Below, one piece after another: positions 60,411 to 64,000 of a stretch of 64,000 bases of DNA (the first letter of the stretch is position 1; each line of letters opens with the position of its first letter). The notes under the pieces are model-generated. The model saw nothing but the letters and a program-made list of their open reading frames with translations, searched no databases and was not told the origin of the DNA. Made by a program: the position numbers and the translations under genes. Origin of the DNA: Candidatus Poribacteria bacterium (GTDB lineage: Bacteria > Poribacteria > WGA-4E > JAJDTR01); the NCBI GenBank assembly GCA_965222225.1, contig CBDCTK010000002.1, positions 3,520,001-3,584,000 on the forward strand, given 5' to 3'.

Positions 60411-63400
60411 GGGTCGCGTCACGCAACTGTTCAATTCGGCTTCGCACTTCGTCCGCAATTTTCCGGTAGATTTCTCGCTTGCTCGTTTTCGTCGCAGATT
60501 CTTCCGGGAAACCGGGAGCAACTGGTTCCCCGAAAACGACGCGAACCCTGCTTTTGCGCGGTAACGACTTGCCTTTGGGCAATGCTTCATAGGTGCCACT
60601 TACATGCGCGGGCACAATGGGTACACCAGCTTCGTATGCAAGCAAGCCGAGACCAAGCTTGAATGGCTGAAGTTCCCCGTTCAGTGAGCGGGTGCCTTCC
60701 GGATAGATGAGCAAGTTTTCGTTTCGGAGAAGCGCTTCTTGTGCAACGCGTAGGCTTTGGAGGGAATTATCCGTCCGATCGAACGGCAAGGTATTGAGAC
60801 ACTGGCTAACAAACCACGCTTTCAGTCGACTGTTGTAGAAATAGTCTCTTGCGCTAAGAGGACGTAATTTTCTTGATTCTACCCCTAGAGCGGTTATAAT
60901 CGCCGGAGTATCAAGGTGGCTGCTGTGATTTGCCGCGATTATGTACGGTGTTCCGGATGGGATGTACTCTAATCCATCGCACCGAAGCGAGAAGCGGTGA
61001 CGGAAAATCATCCGAATGCCGAAGCGAATGGGTTTAGCCAAATGACTCGGACGCGAGTCTAGTTCCCCATGCTCCGCGGCGATTGAGGAACCAAGAGAAG
61101 TATCGACGGCATCCGGTGTGATCTGTGAGTCTAACGTGCTGGCAACATCAATCACATCTCCGACTGTACGAATCCTCGCAGCGGCCTCGTCCGGCACCTG
61201 TTTACCTAGCTTGGATTCAAGTAGCAACAGCAGTTCAACGCGGGTCAACGAATCCAATCCGAGATCCGTGTCTAGGGCGCTATCCGCACGGATGCGATTT
61301 GGCGGAACGCGTGATAATCTCCCCAGCTCGCCGACAATTTGAGCTTCGCGGCTGCCTGGCTCCCACTCTCCGATAGTCGCATCTGTCGAGGTTTCTTCGG
61401 CGGACACAACCGGTTGAGCGGCGTCTGCCAATAATTGTTTGAATAGTAGCACCTTGACATGCGGACGGTCAATCGCGCCATCAGGAGTTTTGGGTAAATC
61501 CGCCTCCCAGAAATGCACCTTTTGGAGATACTGATGTGTGGGCAGGCTACGCGCGCATGTCTGCAGATGTTTCTGAATCGATTTTTGGACTTCAACCTGT
61601 GAGCGTTCCTCAGGGCAATTCGGCACAATCACAGTGTGAACTTCCTCACCAAACGAGTCCGGTAGGTCTATTCCGACGACACAAATCTCGGAGATATCGT
61701 GACTATGTCGATATAGCTCCTCAAGTTCGACCGGATAGACGTTTTTTCCCGTGCCGCCAATGATGACATCTTTTTTACGTCCCGTAAGAAAGAGATAGCC
61801 GTCTTCGTCAATGTAGCCGAGATCGCCGGTATAAAGCAACCCATTTTGGAGGACTTGCTGAGTCGCCTCTGGATTTCGGTAGTAGCCCGCCATCGTGCTC
61901 GGGCTCTTTGTCACAATCTCGCCAATGCCGTTGGCGTCCGGATCTACAATCTGAAACTCCACATCATTTACCGGCGGCCCGACGGAACCCGCTTTGCTCT
62001 TCCCGGCAGGATTCACGCTTAAAACGGGTGCTGTTTCCGTCATGCCGTAGCCTTCAAGGATTGTGAAACCGAAACGCTTGAACCCGTCGTAAACCTGACG
62101 AGGCAACGCCGCACCACCGCTCACAAAGACACGGATATGCCCTCCCAAAGCCTCCTTAACTTGCTCAATCACCCCTGAGCCAACTGCCTCGTCCGTTTCA
62201 ATCGGAGTTTGCAGGACATACCTTTCAATCGCGTCATAGAGCAATTTGTACAGGCGTGGAACCCCTATAATGGCAGTCGTTTCCGTTTTCCGCATGGACT
62301 CCAAGATTGCGGTTGGTTTGAATGTATTCACGTAGGTGACAGTGGCACCACCATAAATAGCCATCAGGAAACTGCAGGAGAACCCAAGGGCATGATATAG
62401 CGGTAGAATGGATAGGATATGGTCTGTTTCGGCTGGGGGCAGCACCTGTGCGACGGCGTGGAGGTTGGCGACAAAACCCTTGTGAGACAACATCGCGCCT
62501 CTCGGATCTACCGTCGTCCCCATTGTGAAGATGATTGAGGCAGTTGCCTCCGGATGGATGTCCACATGTGGAAAATCGTCAGGGATCTTATCAATCGGAG
62601 ACTCGACTTGCCTGGCGCCCGAAGGTCCGCAGAGCTGATTTAGGTTCAGCACGTCCAACTTTTCCTTCTCATCGGAGATAGAGCACAGTTGTTCAAAAAG
62701 TGTATCGGACGCGAGAATCCCTTTTGCTTCCGTAAAGTCGGCAAGCGCTATCACTTCGACTCTAGCAGTCTGTGGATCTATGGGCACAACAATGACACCG
62801 ATTTGGATAGCGGCTAGATAGGTGATTCCCCACTCGGGTTGATTTTCGGAGATGAGAATCATCTTATCGTCTTTGCGATAGCCGCGTTCCCATAATGTAA
62901 ACGCAATCTGTCGCGATAAGTCATAAAGTTGACGGTAGGAATACCGTATCCACTCCCCATCTCGTTCAATCTGCAAGGCGGTCTTATCCGAATACGCTTC
63001 TGCTTGTCGCACAACGAGATCCAAAATCGTTTGACAGTTTTGTATTGAACCCTTTTCGCGCGGACAAGCATCGTGACGTATGGCGTTTGAACGCTCAATT
63101 TCTTTGAGCATTTTCACCGACGGATCGGCACCCATTTTAAGAATGAATCGCTTAATTCCCGGAATATGGATATTCTGAAGATAGTGCTGCCAGTCGAATT
63201 GTGAGATATCAAGGCCGAAGCGACGCTGATCGGATGCGGTTAGCGATGCGAACAGTTGTCCAATCTTGGAGGTTTCAAACTCGAAGTTAAGGCGCGTATA
63301 CGGACCATAGATGCGAATGTAGTATTGAAGACCTTCTAGTGCATTTTGTATCACGGCGATACGACGGTTCCGCTGCCTCGACCATCTTAGCGGAATCAGA

Positions 63401-64000
63401 TCTAGCAGCTGGCTTGCGGCTTTGAGCGCCCCCAACTTCCGTGACAACTTGCGCTGAAATTCCTCAAGACCGGGATACTTCCATATGGGCGGTGGAATGG
63501 GCTTTCCACTATCCAGCATCGGATACTTGACGAAGTGGTCGTGGGAGGCGTCCACTATGTCTCGAAAATACAATGGGTTTTGGGAGCCGGTTGCCACATG
63601 GTAGACCTCAATTCCGCGCCTTTGATAGGTCTGCTTTGCCACGATTAAAATAGCGTTCACAACAAAGTCCACAGGGATGATATCAAGAATAATATCCGGC
63701 TCTGCAGGAAAATCGGGCAATCGTCCTTTTCCGAAACCAACGATAAGCGGATCCGCCATGCGTAACCCATCAAGCCAACCCGGTTGCGGGTCTTCAAGGC
63801 TACTCTCAATAATCGAAGGGCGGATGATTGCTACCGGCAAATCACCTCGCGTCTTGGCGACCATCTGCTCGCCAAGCGCTTTCATGTAGGTATACGTGTC
63901 ATTCCAGCCTCGTGACTGCGCTCGTTTCAACCCTTCATCGACCAAACGCTGTTCAATCCATTTCTCGCGAGTACTTTCATATTGCCGACGATAATCATCG
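60403..64000 (-). CDS. ElbD-like multidomain enzyme: fatty acyl reductase, acyl-CoA synthetase, ACP, acyltransferase (5' end beyond window)
   Basis: TYTYMKALGE and IIRPSII (FAR); GYGMTE and TGDLG (AMP-binding); LGLDSL (ACP); NHSSHLD and PEGTRS (PlsC); frame open to window end. Confidence 0.88.
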   Translation of the reverse strand, partial: DDYRRQYESTREKWIEQRLVDEGLKRAQSRGWNDTYTYMKALGEQMVAKTRGDLPVAIIRPSIIESSLEDPQPGWLDGLRMADPLIVGFGKGRLPDFPAEPDIILDIIPVDFVVNAILIVAKQTYQRRGIEVYHVATGSQNPLYFRDIVDASHDHFVKYPMLDSGKPIPPPIWKYPGLEEFQRKLSRKLGALKAASQLLDLIPLRWSRQRNRRIAVIQNALEGLQYYIRIYGPYTRLNFEFETSKIGQLFASLTASDQRRFGLDISQFDWQHYLQNIHIPGIKRFILKMGADPSVKMLKEIERSNAIRHDACPREKGSIQNCQTILDLVVRQAEAYSDKTALQIERDGEWIRYSYRQLYDLSRQIAFTLWERGYRKDDKMILISENQPEWGITYLAAIQIGVIVVPIDPQTARVEVIALADFTEAKGILASDTLFEQLCSISDEKEKLDVLNLNQLCGPSGARQVESPIDKIPDDFPHVDIHPEATASIIFTMGTTVDPRGAMLSHKGFVANLHAVAQVLPPAETDHILSILPLYHALGFSCSFLMAIYGGATVTYVNTFKPTAILESMRKTETTAIIGVPRLYKLLYDAIERYVLQTPIETDEAVGSGVIEQVKEALGGHIRVFVSGGAALPRQVYDGFKRFGFTILEGYGMTETAPVLSVNPAGKSKAGSVGPPVNDVEFQIVDPDANGIGEIVTKSPSTMAGYYRNPEATQQVLQNGLLYTGDLGYIDEDGYLFLTGRKKDVIIGGTGKNVYPVELEELYRHSHDISEICVVGIDLPDSFGEEVHTVIVPNCPEERSQVEVQKSIQKHLQTCARSLPTHQYLQKVHFWEADLPKTPDGAIDRPHVKVLLFKQLLADAAQPVVSAEETSTDATIGEWEPGSREAQIVGELGRLSRVPPNRIRADSALDTDLGLDSLTRVELLLLLESKLGKQVPDEAAARIRTVGDVIDVASTLDSQITPDAVDTSLGSSIAAEHGELDSRPSHLAKPIRFGIRMIFRHRFSLRCDGLEYIPSGTPYIIAANHSSHLDTPAIITALGVESRKLRPLSARDYFYNSRLKAWFVSQCLNTLPFDRTDNSLQSLRVAQEALLRNENLLIYPEGTRSLNGELQPFKLGLGLLAYEAGVPIVPAHVSGTYEALPKGKSLPRKSRVRVVFGEPVAPGFPEESATKTSKREIYRKIADEVRSRIEQLRDATHE

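Overview
Bacterial chromosome segment of about 50% GC. The gene content resembles Candidatus Poribacteria (expanded ABC-2 permease pairs, FRG-TPR proteins, DUF6807); this taxonomy is an inference. From left to right it holds: (1) a transglutaminase-like/FecR-like gene pair, CHASE2 kinase and NtrC-type activator, followed by a sigma54 promoter in front of an alternative sigma70 gene; (2) tRNA-Gly/Cys/Val, thrS, iscS and rluD; (3) a 22-kb region with three A/B pairs of ABC-2 permeases, one ABC ATPase, a large repeat/NEW3 protein and TolC; (4) housekeeping genes gnd, a CoA-transferase, dacB, tatAC, bioF and moaDE; (5) a small island with a mini GIY-YIG-like gene, a VNTR and a frameshifted FRG-TPR gene; (6) IS remnants and an ElbD-like ether-lipid multienzyme. 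The top observation is a bacterial homologue of animal selenoprotein N at 25833-26972. Its apparent stop (TGA 26643-26645) lies in a DDESC-U motif, is followed by a SECIS-like hairpin, and the frame continues for 108 more codons. The second is an apparently uncharacterised modular tripartite exporter. All family assignments come from motif recognition by eye; no database searches were run.
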